Shown piece by piece: positions 1-9,588 of a stretch of DNA of 64,000 nt. Origin of the DNA: an uncultured Acetobacteraceae bacterium (lineage in GTDB: Bacteria; Pseudomonadota; Alphaproteobacteria; Sphingomonadales; Sphingomonadaceae). Within the stretch, counting starts at the first letter, position 1; the number at the start of each line of letters is the position of its first letter. A program made the translations under genes and the position numbers. Below the pieces are notes generated by a model. It saw nothing but the letters and a program-made list of their open reading frames with translations. It ran no database searches and was not told where the DNA came from. Location: the NCBI GenBank assembly GCA_964658485.1, contig CAZZYX010000006.1, positions 419 through 64,418 on the forward strand. Direction: 5' to 3'.

Positions 1-1448
1 CATATGCGCCGAAACAGGCGCCCCTGCCCCTGCCGCAGCCGGAGAGCGGTTCCGTCAAGAACCTGCTGCCGTGGCTGGTGGCGGTTGCGTTCTTCATGGA
101 ATCGCTCGACACGACGATCCTCAACACGGCGGTGCCGGCGATCTCGCAGGCATTGGGGGTGGCGCCGCTGAGCATGAAGTCGGTGCTGGCGAGCTATACC
201 CTCAGCCTCGCCGTGTTCATTCCGATCAGCGGCTGGATGGCCGATCGCTTTGGCACGCGCCGCGTATTTTCCTTTGCCATTGCCGTGTTCACGCTGGGTT
301 CGCTGCTGTGCGGGATCGCCAGCAATGTGCATGTGCTGGTAATCTGCCGGATCCTCCAGGGCATGGGCGGATCGATGATGGTCCCGGTCGGGCGGCTGAC
401 CATGGTACGCACGTTCCCAAAGTCCGAACTGGTGCGGGCGATGAGCTTCGTTTCGATCCCGTCGCTGACCGCACCGATGCTGGGGCCGCTGCTGGGCGGC
501 CTGATCGTCCATTATCTGCATTGGCGGGTTATCTTTTTCGTCAATATCCCGATCGGTATTGCCGGGCTGTTGTTCGTCTGGCGCCGGCTGCCCGATTATT
601 TCGCGCCCCATCCCGAACCGCTGGACGTAGTCGGGCTGATCCTGTTCGGGTCGGGTATTTCGCTATTGTCCTATGTGCTGGAAATATTCGGCGAAGATTC
701 GCTGAGCACCGGAGAAATGCTGGCGCTGCTGGCGCTGGCGCTCGCGTTGCTGGCGGGATATGGCCTGCATGCGCAGGGGCGGCGCTTTCCGTTGCTCGAT
801 CTGGCACTGTTTCGCGTCCGCACCTTTGCCACCGCCGTGTCGGGCAGTTTCATCACCCGCATCGGCATGGGCGGAGTGCCGTTCCTGCTGCCGCTGCTGT
901 ATCAGGTCGGGTTGGGATTGACGCCGGTGCAATCCGGGCTGCTCATCATGCCGCAGGCGCTGGCCGCGCTCAGCACCAAGTTCGTGCTGCCCCGTGTCCT
1001 GCGCCGACTTGGTTATCGCAACGTCCTGATCGGCAATACCATCGGGGTGGGAGCGATGATCATGCTGTTCGGGGTCATCGGGCCGAACACGCCGATCTGG
1101 CAGATCGTGGCTCAGGCGCTGGTCTATGGCGTGCTGGTGTCGTTGCAGTTCACCAGCATGAACACCCTGGTCTATGCCGATGTCGCGCCGGACCGGGCCA
1201 GCCGGGCAAGCTCGATCGCGAGTACGGCGCAGCAGCTTTCGATCAGCTTCGGGGTGGCGGTTGCCGGGCTGACGACCGTGTTCTTCCTCGACGCCCGCCA
1301 TGGCAATGCGCAGGCGATGGTCGGCGGATTGCACCATGCGTTTCTGACCCTGGGCCTGTTCACGATTGCATCGACCCTGGTGTTCCGCAGATTGACGCGC
1401 GGCGATGGTGCGGAAGAAACCCAGCAGAAAGACATCCACCTGGGCTAG
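1..1448 (+). CDS. MFS transporter, DHA2 (EmrB/QacA-like) family; 5' end probably outside the window
   Basis: ORF 78..1448. The same frame stays open back to base 3 (..KNLLPWLVAVAFFMESLDTTILNTAVPAI, i.e. TM1 plus the LDxTIxNxAxP motif). Hydrophobic multi-TM profile throughout. Confidence 0.85.
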   Translation, partial: YAPKQAPLPLPQPESGSVKNLLPWLVAVAFFMESLDTTILNTAVPAISQALGVAPLSMKSVLASYTLSLAVFIPISGWMADRFGTRRVFSFAIAVFTLGSLLCGIASNVHVLVICRILQGMGGSMMVPVGRLTMVRTFPKSELVRAMSFVSIPSLTAPMLGPLLGGLIVHYLHWRVIFFVNIPIGIAGLLFVWRRLPDYFAPHPEPLDVVGLILFGSGISLLSYVLEIFGEDSLSTGEMLALLALALALLAGYGLHAQGRRFPLLDLALFRVRTFATAVSGSFITRIGMGGVPFLLPLLYQVGLGLTPVQSGLLIMPQALAALSTKFVLPRVLRRLGYRNVLIGNTIGVGAMIMLFGVIGPNTPIWQIVAQALVYGVLVSLQFTSMNTLVYADVAPDRASRASSIASTAQQLSISFGVAVAGLTTVFFLDARHGNAQAMVGGLHHAFLTLGLFTIASTLVFRRLTRGDGAEETQQKDIHLG

Positions 1449-1532
1449 GCATATTCGGGCAAGTTTGGTGTCGAGCAAGTTTGGGGAGCCATTTGGATTG
1501 CGCAGCGTTGGTTGGGGTTGAGGAACACGGCG

Positions 1533-2633
1533 ATGGCAAGCAATCCAGTACCGGCGTTCAAAACGGCGAATCCCAGCTATTTCCACCCCTTTCACTGGCG
1601 CGAAGCAGCGTTGTGCGCGCCGGCCATGCCGTTGCTCATCCTGGTCGGAATCGAGAGCGGGCATCCGATCGAAGGTGCCACCGCTGCCGGGGCGGCGCTC
1701 GCGGTGGGCTTTGGCGCAGCGCGCGAACTCAAGGGTCGACGCTGGGGCGCGATGATCGCGGCCATGGTCGGCATGGCGATTGCCGCCTTTGCCGGATGCC
1801 TGCTGGGGCAAAGCCTGCCGCTGTTCGTTCTGGTCGCAGGCATGGCCGCTGCCATTTGCGCGGCCTTTGCGCTTTACGACGAGGATCTCTGGTGGGTGAT
1901 CCTGCAAATCGTGATCGCCTACCTGATTGCCGGATATTATGCCGGGCCATTGGCGGCGGCAACGGATCGCGGGCTGGTCGTCCTGATCGGCGGAGCGATC
2001 CAGATCGGCATTGTCAGGCTGTTGGCATCGCTATTTCCCGCTGCGGCCGCGCCGACCATTGTCCGCGAGGCCGGCGTCCGCGGGGCTGGCATCCGCCAGG
2101 CTGGCATTCGCTCACCCGTCGCCAAATCGCCGCCCGGCACCAACTCCGGCCTGCGCGGCGCACACATGATCCGTGCCGCGATCTGCGTCATGGCCAGCCT
2201 GCTGGTGACTGACCGGCTGGGCCTGAGCAATAGCTATTGGGCGCCGATGACGGCGCTGATCGTGCTGAAACCACGTCTGCGCGAAACCCATGCCCGCGGT
2301 CTCGCGCGTCTGGTCGGGACATTGGCGGGCTGCACCGTGGCTACCCTTTATGCCCATGTCTGCGGCGGATCGAACTGGTTCCTGGGGTTGGGCATGGCGG
2401 GATCGGCAATGGCTGCCTATGCCTTGCAGAAAGCTCATTATGCCAGCCTGACCGCGGCGATCACCGCGACCGTCGTGCTGTTGCTGAGCCTGGGCCATGT
2501 CGGCGCATTGGCCAATGCCGAACACCGGCTGGTGGCAACGCTGGTCGGCGGCGGGATTGCACTGGCGGTGGCGTGGGTCGTGCCGCGTACCCGACGAATA
2601 AGCCATCCGGGGGTCGATCGGGTCGGCACGTAA
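1533..2633 (+). CDS. FUSC-family (fusaric-acid-resistance / aromatic acid exporter-like) inner membrane protein
   Basis: ORF 1512..2633. ATG at 1533 is preceded by AGGAA at 1521. Multi-TM N-half followed by the ..YWAPMTALIVLKP..TxxRGxxRxxGTxxG segment typical of FUSC/YccS-like proteins. Confidence 0.65.
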   Translation: MASNPVPAFKTANPSYFHPFHWREAALCAPAMPLLILVGIESGHPIEGATAAGAALAVGFGAARELKGRRWGAMIAAMVGMAIAAFAGCLLGQSLPLFVLVAGMAAAICAAFALYDEDLWWVILQIVIAYLIAGYYAGPLAAATDRGLVVLIGGAIQIGIVRLLASLFPAAAAPTIVREAGVRGAGIRQAGIRSPVAKSPPGTNSGLRGAHMIRAAICVMASLLVTDRLGLSNSYWAPMTALIVLKPRLRETHARGLARLVGTLAGCTVATLYAHVCGGSNWFLGLGMAGSAMAAYALQKAHYASLTAAITATVVLLLSLGHVGALANAEHRLVATLVGGGIALAVAWVVPRTRRISHPGVDRVGT

Positions 2634-2769
2634 TCGCGTCAGGGACCGACTTTTCTAGCCTGCCCAGAGGATTTTTAGCCCGGCCAGATCATGGCGCGGC
2701 TTAGCTCAAGGTACCCGGAACGAAGCGCAGATCAATGCGTTAGGTCGAGAATAACCTTGGAGATATGCC

Positions 2770-3255
2770 ATGAAAAACTTGTCACTCATTGCTTTAGCTT
2801 TGTCCGCCGCACCGCTGCTCGCACCGGTTTCGGCATATGCCGCCAGCGACGCCGCTTTCCTGGCGGACGCCATGAAGGGCGACAATAGCGAAGTCTCGAT
2901 CGGCATGCTCGCCGCCAAGCATGGGTCCACCGCAGCGACCCGCAGCTATGGCCAGATGCTGGTTCACGATCATAGCGCGCACCGCATGAAGGTCGCAGCG
3001 CTGGCGCGTCCCATGGGCGTCCATCCGACCACCGCGCTGTCGCCGGATGGCATGCAGATGCGGACGATGCTGATGGGCTTGCATGGCGCGAAGTTCGATG
3101 CCGCCTTCAAGCAGGGCATGATCGACGACCACCAGAAGGACATCGCCAAGTATCAGGACGAGATCAACTCCGGTCAATCGGCCGACGTCAAGCAGTTGGC
3201 TCAGGATACCATGCCGACCCTGAACCAGCATCTCGCCACAGCCCAGTCGCTGTGA
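2770..3255 (+). CDS. DUF4142-family periplasmic protein
   Basis: GGAGA RBS 6 nt before ATG 2770. Signal peptide MKNLSLIALALSAAPLLAPVSAYA. Repeated ...FLxxAxxGxxxEVxxGxLAxxxG... / HDHxxH helical pattern typical of DUF4142. Confidence 0.75.
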   Translation: MKNLSLIALALSAAPLLAPVSAYAASDAAFLADAMKGDNSEVSIGMLAAKHGSTAATRSYGQMLVHDHSAHRMKVAALARPMGVHPTTALSPDGMQMRTMLMGLHGAKFDAAFKQGMIDDHQKDIAKYQDEINSGQSADVKQLAQDTMPTLNQHLATAQSL

Positions 3256-3282
3256 TCCAGTGATCGATCAAGGACAGCAACC

Positions 3283-4296
3283 ATGACCGACGAAGATCGC
3301 CAGGGCTTGACCCGGCGGACAGCTATCGCTGCCGGTGCGGTGGGATTTGCGTCCGCCGGCGCCACTTTTGCCGCGCAACCCACTGCAATGACTCAGGGAG
3401 CGGGCGGTTCAAGCCCGGCGATCGAAAACCCGCTGGATAAATACCCTAAACCACCGTTCCAGCGTCAGTCCCAGCCGTGGCCGGGATTGGCGTCGCAAAT
3501 GACCCCACGGCCAGATCATGGCGAAAACAGCTATCGTGGATCGGGACGCCTGGCGGGGCGCAAGGCGCTGATTACCGGTGGTGATTCCGGCATGGGACGC
3601 TCCGCCGCTATCGCATTTGCACGCGAGGGCGCCGATGTCGCGATCAGCTATTATCCAACCGAGGAGCCGGATGCTCGTGAGGTGGTAGCGCTGATCCAGC
3701 AGGCGGGACGCAAGAGCGCAGCGTTGCCCGGCGATTTGCGCCACGAGGCCTATTGCACCAAGTTGGTGAGCGATGCGATGGCTGCGCTCGGCGGCCTGGA
3801 TATCCTGGTGATGAATGCCGGGCGCCAGCAAACCCGACCGTCGATTCTGGACCTGACGACCGAAGATTTCGACGCGACGATGAAGACCAATTTGTATGCG
3901 CCGTTCTGGATCATCAAGGCGGCGCTGCCGCATTTGCCGCCCGGCGCGGTCATCATCGGCACGACCTCGGAACAGGCTTACGATCCGTCTGCGGACTTGT
4001 ACGACTATGCCCAGACCAAGGCGGCTACGATGAATTACGTGAAGTCGCTGGCAAAGCAGTTGGCGCCGCGCGGGATCAGGGTAAACGGCGTCGCGCCGGG
4101 TCCGATCTGGACTCCGTTGCAGGTAGCAGGCGGTGCGACGATGGCAAAGCTGGAGAAATTCGGCAGCGATACGCCACTGACGCGGCCCGGCCAGCCGGCC
4201 GAACTGGCGCATATCTATGTCCAGCTTGCGGCCAACGACAGCAGCTATTCGACCGGCAATATCTTTGGTGCCGGCGGCGGACACGGGCAGCCCTGA
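3283..4296 (+). CDS. SDR-family oxidoreductase (YghA/general-stress-protein-39-like) with an N-terminal twin-arginine signal-like segment
   Basis: TGGDSGMGRS cofactor motif, NAG, and a Y..xxxK catalytic region (YAQTKAA). The N-terminus LTRRTAIAAGAVGFASAGATFA looks like a Tat leader. Confidence 0.85.
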   Translation: MTDEDRQGLTRRTAIAAGAVGFASAGATFAAQPTAMTQGAGGSSPAIENPLDKYPKPPFQRQSQPWPGLASQMTPRPDHGENSYRGSGRLAGRKALITGGDSGMGRSAAIAFAREGADVAISYYPTEEPDAREVVALIQQAGRKSAALPGDLRHEAYCTKLVSDAMAALGGLDILVMNAGRQQTRPSILDLTTEDFDATMKTNLYAPFWIIKAALPHLPPGAVIIGTTSEQAYDPSADLYDYAQTKAATMNYVKSLAKQLAPRGIRVNGVAPGPIWTPLQVAGGATMAKLEKFGSDTPLTRPGQPAELAHIYVQLAANDSSYSTGNIFGAGGGHGQP

Positions 4297-4392
4297 GCCG
4301 TTATTTCACAAATCGCGCTTGGCTGAGGATAAACTGGTGTTAAGGATGTAAAAAAGACGGTCGCATCATTCAACCCCGTCCGGGAGCCTGAG

Positions 4393-6429
4393 GTGATGAC
4401 CGCGCAACTGCCTTTCAATCGAATACAACTCCGGTTCCTGCACTCGATGGCGGAAGCGCTGTTCGTGGATTTTGCCGAGTTGGCGATCACCGTCGATCAG
4501 GTGGTCGAAAATATGCAGGATCTGGTTGCCATGATCGGCGGCACCAAGGCGCAGGAGATCAGCCTGGCGGCTACTTTGGCCCAATTGGCGATGGCTCCTT
4601 TTTTCGAGGAGCTGTCCGTACACGGTCGCAAGGAGCGCTTGCGTCACCGCATGCAGGAAACCCGCTGCGAGGCCTTGCAGGAACTGGCGCGGCTGAAATC
4701 GATCCTGTATTTCTGTTACTATGGCCATTGGCAGGAACCGGTTGGCGACGGCGATATCCTGGCCATCGGCCAGATTGCCAATGCCGACAATCCGGTGCTC
4801 AAGCAGATCGGCTTTACCTTGCCCCGGTTTCGCGATCGTAGCCCGCCCGGCGATGTTGCGATCACGCGCGTGCCGGGGCGCGAGATCGATCCGCGCCATA
4901 TCGTGCCGATCGAGCATCCTTTCGACGATATCGACGTGATCGTGGTAGGGTCCGGGTCGGGCGGCGCGGTAGCGGCGCTGAACCTGGCCAAATGGGGCCA
5001 CAAGGTGTTGATTATCGAGGCCGGGCCGCATTTTCCGTCGGAAAATATCACCCATGAAGAGCGCCGCATGGCATCGCAGCTGTTCAAGCATGGCGCGTTG
5101 CAGACCACCAGCGACAATGCCATCATCATTTTCCAGGGGCGCAATGTCGGCGGGTCGCCCACCATCAACAACGGCATCTGTATCCGGATGCACGGCGATC
5201 CGCTCAACCATCCCGATGCGCCTAACCCGCTGGAAGAATGGCGCGCGATCGGCGCGGGGCTGGATGAAGCACGCTTTGCTCAAGCCTATGACACGGTGCA
5301 GGCCTATCTGCACATTCGCCCGATTGAGCCACGCAGTTCGCGATCGAACGGGCCGCATTTGCTGCGCGGTTGGGCGGAGTTTGCCCAGGCTCATGCCGAG
5401 CCGTGGGCACAGCGCGCGCCGGCGGGCTGGTTCACCAAGAATTTCGGCCCCGCCGGCAGCGCCACGCCTTGCGCCTACTGCGGTTATTGCAACACCGGCT
5501 GCCCTTATGGGCGCAAGCTGGGGATGGCGCAGACCTATCTGCCCGATGCGACCGCCAACCATGGCGCGCTGATCCTGGCCGGGACGCGGGTGGACCGGAT
5601 CGAGTGGGCGGGCAGCGATGGTTCCCGGCGGCAAGCGGTGGGAGTTACGGTAACCGATGACGAGGGCAACGAACGCGTCATCCGCGCCCGCAAGGGCGTG
5701 GTCGTGGCGGCAGGAACGATTGCGTCATCGCTGCTGCTCGATCGCAGCGGCATTGCGGGCACCGGCTACCAGATTTCGATGAACATCGCCTCGCCGGTGA
5801 TCGCCCTGATGCCCGAAGGAGTGTCGCCGGCATGGGACGAGGATCAGATGGCGACCATGGTCGATTGCGGCGATTTCCTGCTGGAGTCGCATTTTCAGCC
5901 CCCGCTATCGATGGCGTCGCTGATGCCAGGCTGGTTTGGCGACATGGACCGGCGGATGCGGGCTTATGACCGGATATGTTCCGCCGGCATCCTGTTTCCG
6001 GGGGACCGGCGCGGCCAGATCGTCAACGGCAAGCTGACCTTCAAACTGACCCAGGACGACCTGGCGCTGGTGCGCCGCGCCGCGGCAACGCTGACCAAGG
6101 TTCATTTCGCCGGAGGCGCACTGGAGGTCTGGCCGGCACTGCTGCGGGGCCAGACGCTGACCCCCGACATGGACATCGACGCTTTTTACGAAGCGGCCGT
6201 GCGCGAGACCGACGATATCACGGTGTCCTCATCGCACGTCCATGGTGGCAATCCGATCAATGCCGATCCGGCGCTGGGGGTGGTCGATACCAAATGCCGC
6301 GTACATGGCACCGACAATGTGCTGGTCACCGATGCCAGCGTGTTTCCCAGCTGCATTCGGGTGAACGCGCAATTTTCGACGATGGCGATCGCGCAGTATG
6401 CGACCGGATTTGCCGATCCGTTCGCATAG
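4393..6429 (+). CDS. GMC-family FAD-dependent oxidoreductase with ~175-aa N-terminal extension
   Basis: DVIVVGSGSGGAVAALNLAKWGHKVLIIEAG Rossmann motif at about aa 178. C-terminal ..HVHGGNPI..CRVHGTDNVLVTDASVFPS typical of the GMC_oxred_C domain. Start is GTG 4393 or ATG 4396. Confidence 0.85.
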   Translation: MMTAQLPFNRIQLRFLHSMAEALFVDFAELAITVDQVVENMQDLVAMIGGTKAQEISLAATLAQLAMAPFFEELSVHGRKERLRHRMQETRCEALQELARLKSILYFCYYGHWQEPVGDGDILAIGQIANADNPVLKQIGFTLPRFRDRSPPGDVAITRVPGREIDPRHIVPIEHPFDDIDVIVVGSGSGGAVAALNLAKWGHKVLIIEAGPHFPSENITHEERRMASQLFKHGALQTTSDNAIIIFQGRNVGGSPTINNGICIRMHGDPLNHPDAPNPLEEWRAIGAGLDEARFAQAYDTVQAYLHIRPIEPRSSRSNGPHLLRGWAEFAQAHAEPWAQRAPAGWFTKNFGPAGSATPCAYCGYCNTGCPYGRKLGMAQTYLPDATANHGALILAGTRVDRIEWAGSDGSRRQAVGVTVTDDEGNERVIRARKGVVVAAGTIASSLLLDRSGIAGTGYQISMNIASPVIALMPEGVSPAWDEDQMATMVDCGDFLLESHFQPPLSMASLMPGWFGDMDRRMRAYDRICSAGILFPGDRRGQIVNGKLTFKLTQDDLALVRRAAATLTKVHFAGGALEVWPALLRGQTLTPDMDIDAFYEAAVRETDDITVSSSHVHGGNPINADPALGVVDTKCRVHGTDNVLVTDASVFPSCIRVNAQFSTMAIAQYATGFADPFA

Positions 6430-6441
6430 CGAAGCGTTTTA

Positions 6442-7218
6442 CTATGCTGAAGGTTGGGCGGCCCTGGCCTTTGCCGCCATTTCGTTCAACTCCGTCACCA
6501 TTTCGTCGAACTGGCCTTGGGCTTCGGCAACGCGGAAGGGCCGTACGCGTTCGACCAGTAGCTCTGTCGGCGTAGGCCGGGCAGCCATCAGACTCATGAT
6601 CTCGTCGGCGAACTCGGCGAGCGGCTGATAGCCGGGGCGGTTTTCCTGGCCCGGAGTCAACTCGGTCTGCACCCCCGGCGGGGCGAGTTCGATGACTTCG
6701 ACCCGGCCCTTCAACACTTCGCGCAGCGACACCGTGTATGAATGGATAGCCGCCTTGGTCGCGCAGTAGGTAGGTGTCGCGGTCAGCGGGACAAAGGCCA
6801 GCCCGGAGGTGACGTTAATGATGGCCGCGTCGGACCGGGCGGCAAGGTGGTCGATCAGCGCGTCGATCAGGCGGATCGGGCCGAGCAGGTTGATATTGAT
6901 GGTCTGTTCGGCATCGGCCAGATCACGCGAACGATCCACGACTTCGAAGCGCATCACCCCGGCGTTATTGACCAGCACGTTCAGCGCGGGATGTGCAGCA
7001 ATCAGTCGCGCCGCGAAATCGCTGACACCCGCAGCGGTTTCGACGTCAAGTTGCAGCGCGTGCATATTAGGCCGACCGGCGATGGCGCGATCGAGCGCGT
7101 CCTGCCGACGCCCGGCAACGATCACGGTGTTGCCCTGATCGTGCAGGCGATGCGCCAGCGCTTCGCCAATGCCCGAGCCGCCGCCCGTGATGAGAATGGT
7201 GTTGCCGGTGGGGTTCAT
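6442..7218 (-). CDS. SDR-family oxidoreductase (DltE-like)
   Basis: NTILITGGGSGIGEAL, NNAG and YCATKAA motifs. The internal ATG at 7218 has an AAGAGGA RBS 9 nt upstream, so it is preferred over the ORF-track start at 7251. Confidence 0.85.
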   Translation of the reverse strand: MNPTGNTILITGGGSGIGEALAHRLHDQGNTVIVAGRRQDALDRAIAGRPNMHALQLDVETAAGVSDFAARLIAAHPALNVLVNNAGVMRFEVVDRSRDLADAEQTININLLGPIRLIDALIDHLAARSDAAIINVTSGLAFVPLTATPTYCATKAAIHSYTVSLREVLKGRVEVIELAPPGVQTELTPGQENRPGYQPLAEFADEIMSLMAARPTPTELLVERVRPFRVAEAQGQFDEMVTELNEMAAKARAAQPSA

Positions 7219-7329
7219 GCGCTGTTGTCCTCTTGCATTTGATTGGGTCATGTAGGGTGCGTTAGCCGAATGGTAAGCGGCTGCGCGTCAGGTAGTTTCA
7301 ATTTGCGGCCCGCTTCCCATATCCTGCCG

Positions 7330-7731
7330 ATGATCGAAGAAATGGCACAGTCACCCGACGCCGCAACCATCGAGCGCCTGGCGCAGGACGCGGTAACCCG
7401 ATTGCCGGCGCCGTTTCGCGATCATCTGGTGGACGTGGTATTTCGCGTCCAGGATTTCGCGGATAGCGACATGCTGTGCGCGGTCGGGCTGGAAAACCCC
7501 TGGGATCTGATTGGGCTATACCACGGGCGCCCGCTTACCCAGCAGTCGATCTGGTCATCGGGGGATATGCCATGCGTGATCTCGTTGTTCCGACTGCCCT
7601 TGCTGCGAGCCTGGGAGCGGCGGGATGTCACGCTGGAGGAAATGGTCACCCATGTGATCGTCCATGAGGTCGGTCACCATTTCGGCCTGTCCGACAGCGA
7701 CATGCATGCCATCGAGAACGAGCCATCGTGA
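7330..7731 (+). CDS. Zincin-like metallopeptidase family protein (DUF1025-type)
   Basis: HEVGHHFGLSD zinc-binding HExxH motif near the C-terminus. Small acidic protein. The upstream part of ORF 7243.. overlaps the divergent SDR gene, so ATG 7330 was chosen. Confidence 0.65.
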   Translation: MIEEMAQSPDAATIERLAQDAVTRLPAPFRDHLVDVVFRVQDFADSDMLCAVGLENPWDLIGLYHGRPLTQQSIWSSGDMPCVISLFRLPLLRAWERRDVTLEEMVTHVIVHEVGHHFGLSDSDMHAIENEPS

Positions 7732-7759
7732 GTGGGCGGATAAAGATGGGGAGCTTGCG

Positions 7760-8587
7760 ATGAGCGTCGCGGGCACGCGCGCCATTCGCGTCGGAGTTGG
7801 TGGCTGGACTTACCCGCCCTGGCGCGGCAGCTTTTACCCCGCCGGCCTGCCGCAGAAACGCGAGCTGGCATATGCCGGATCACGGCTGACGTCGATCGAG
7901 GTCAACGGCACGTATTACGGGTCGCAAAAGCCGGAAAGCTTTGCGAAATGGCATGACGAAACCCCGGATGATTTTGTCTTTTCGCTCAAGGCACCAAGAT
8001 ATGCGACCAATCGCCGGGTGCTGGCCGAAGCCGGCGCCTCCATCGAGCGGTTCCTGACCGGCGGCTTGCTGGAATTGAAGCACAAGCTCGGCCCGATCAA
8101 TTGGCAGTTTTTGCCGAACAAGATATTCGATGCAGAAGATTTCGAGGCTTTTTTGAAGTTGTTGCCCAGCTCGCACGAGGGTCGCGCGTTGCGGCACGTG
8201 GTCGAGGTACGCAACGACAGCTTTCGCACTCCCGAGTTTACCGGAATGCTGCATGCCCACGGTATTGCGGCGGTAATCGCAGGCGATTCCGAACATCCGC
8301 AGATCGCCGACCTGACCGCACCTTTCGTTTACGCCCGCATGATGGGCACGGTCGCAGCCGAACCGCACGGCTATGGCGATGCGGCACTCGATCTGTGGGC
8401 GGACCGGGCGCGGACCTGGGCGGCCGGCGGATGTCCGGACGGGCTCGACTATGTTGGGCCGGAGACATCCACCGAGCCGCGCGATGTCTATCTCTATGTC
8501 ATCAGTGGCCACAAAGCGCATAATCCGCAGGCGGCGATGGCTTTGCTCGGCAAGTTGGGTGTGCGCGATGGGCGGCAGGATGACTGA
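7760..8587 (+). CDS. DUF72 (YecE-like) family protein
   Basis: N-terminus MSVAGTRAIRVGVGGWTYPPWRGSFYPAGLPQKRELAYA..SIEVNGTYY is the canonical DUF72 opening. ATG at 7760 lies in the frame of ORF 7664..8587. Confidence 0.85.
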   Translation: MSVAGTRAIRVGVGGWTYPPWRGSFYPAGLPQKRELAYAGSRLTSIEVNGTYYGSQKPESFAKWHDETPDDFVFSLKAPRYATNRRVLAEAGASIERFLTGGLLELKHKLGPINWQFLPNKIFDAEDFEAFLKLLPSSHEGRALRHVVEVRNDSFRTPEFTGMLHAHGIAAVIAGDSEHPQIADLTAPFVYARMMGTVAAEPHGYGDAALDLWADRARTWAAGGCPDGLDYVGPETSTEPRDVYLYVISGHKAHNPQAAMALLGKLGVRDGRQDD

Positions 8588-9302
8588 CCTGCGCGCCGTC
8601 GTGTTTGGGGCAACGGGCGGGATAGGGTCGGCGTTATGCAGGCGGATCGACGCATCCGGGCGCTATCCTGATATTTATGCAGGCGGGCGCAGCGCTGCCG
8701 GGAATGCCGCCAGCGGACAATCGGCTTTCACTTTCGACCTGGCCGACGAGGCGTCGATCGCCGCCGCTGCCGCGATGATCGGCGAGGGTGGCCCGCTGGA
8801 CCTTGTCATTATTGCGACGGGAATGTTGCACACTGCGGATCAGCCCATGCCCGAGAAGAGCTGGCGAGCGATCGACGGGCAGGCGATGGCGCGGATGTTT
8901 GCGATCAATACGATTGGGCCGGCGCTGATTGCGAAACATTTCCTGCCGTTGATGCGCCGGGACAGGCGCTCGGTATTTGCCGTGCTGTCGGCGCGGGTTG
9001 GCTCTATTACCGACAATCGCCTGGGCGGATGGCACAGTTATAGGGCGTCGAAAGCGGCTCTGAACATGCTCGTCCGGAACTTTGCGATCGAGTTAGGCAC
9101 CCGAAATCCGCATGGGATCGTGGTTGCCATTCATCCCGGCACGGTCGACACCCCGCTGTCCAAACCGTTTCAGCGTAACACGACCGGGACGCTGTTGCCG
9201 CCGGATCGCAGTGCCGACCATATTCTTGCGGCAATCGATGCATTGACGGCCACGGATTCGGGTGGCTTGTTCGCCTGGGATGGACAGCGCATTCCGTATT
9301 GA
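8580..9302 (+). CDS. SDR-family oxidoreductase (C-factor/CsgA-like short form)
   Basis: MTDLRAVVFGATGGIGSAL Rossmann opening and YRASKAALN catalytic motif. ATG 8580 overlaps the end of the DUF72 gene; an in-frame ATG at 8568 is also possible. Confidence 0.8.
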   Translation: MTDLRAVVFGATGGIGSALCRRIDASGRYPDIYAGGRSAAGNAASGQSAFTFDLADEASIAAAAAMIGEGGPLDLVIIATGMLHTADQPMPEKSWRAIDGQAMARMFAINTIGPALIAKHFLPLMRRDRRSVFAVLSARVGSITDNRLGGWHSYRASKAALNMLVRNFAIELGTRNPHGIVVAIHPGTVDTPLSKPFQRNTTGTLLPPDRSADHILAAIDALTATDSGGLFAWDGQRIPY

Positions 9303-9588
9303 GGTGATGAAATTCGCGCGCGCCGGTCGCGCAAATTGCTGCGATCCGCCCGTCGTCCGCGACTTTACCGGACGGGGCACCGCCGGCGCCTTCGGCTGCC
9401 AGCGCGTCGTGATAAGGGTGCTCGTGCTCGGGTCGATCGCTCTCGACATGGTCGTCACGGCATCAGCCCGGCGGTGCGTGCTTTGGGGCTGCACATGCAA
9501 TCCATGCTTCGCAATCTTGTCATTGATGACGGTTATTTTCTCTTGGCAGATCAGGTCGGTAACCTTGACCGTCCGACCGGGAGGTAAA

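Noticed and set aside
71-2212. 713-aa ORF, plus the 414-aa antisense ORF 663..1907, spanning the MFS and FUSC genes
   Set aside because: Arg/Ala/Gly/Pro-rich low-complexity translations with no motifs. They overlap two well-supported membrane-protein genes in other frames, which is a typical high-GC open-frame artefact.
9303-9588. 286-bp gap between the SDR and metallophosphoesterase genes, checked for a hidden small gene or toxin-antitoxin pair (ORFs 9336..9587 + and 9093..9596 -)
   Set aside because: All frames give Arg-rich junk or lack a start codon, and I could recognise no RNA motif. It is treated as a non-coding leader or promoter region.
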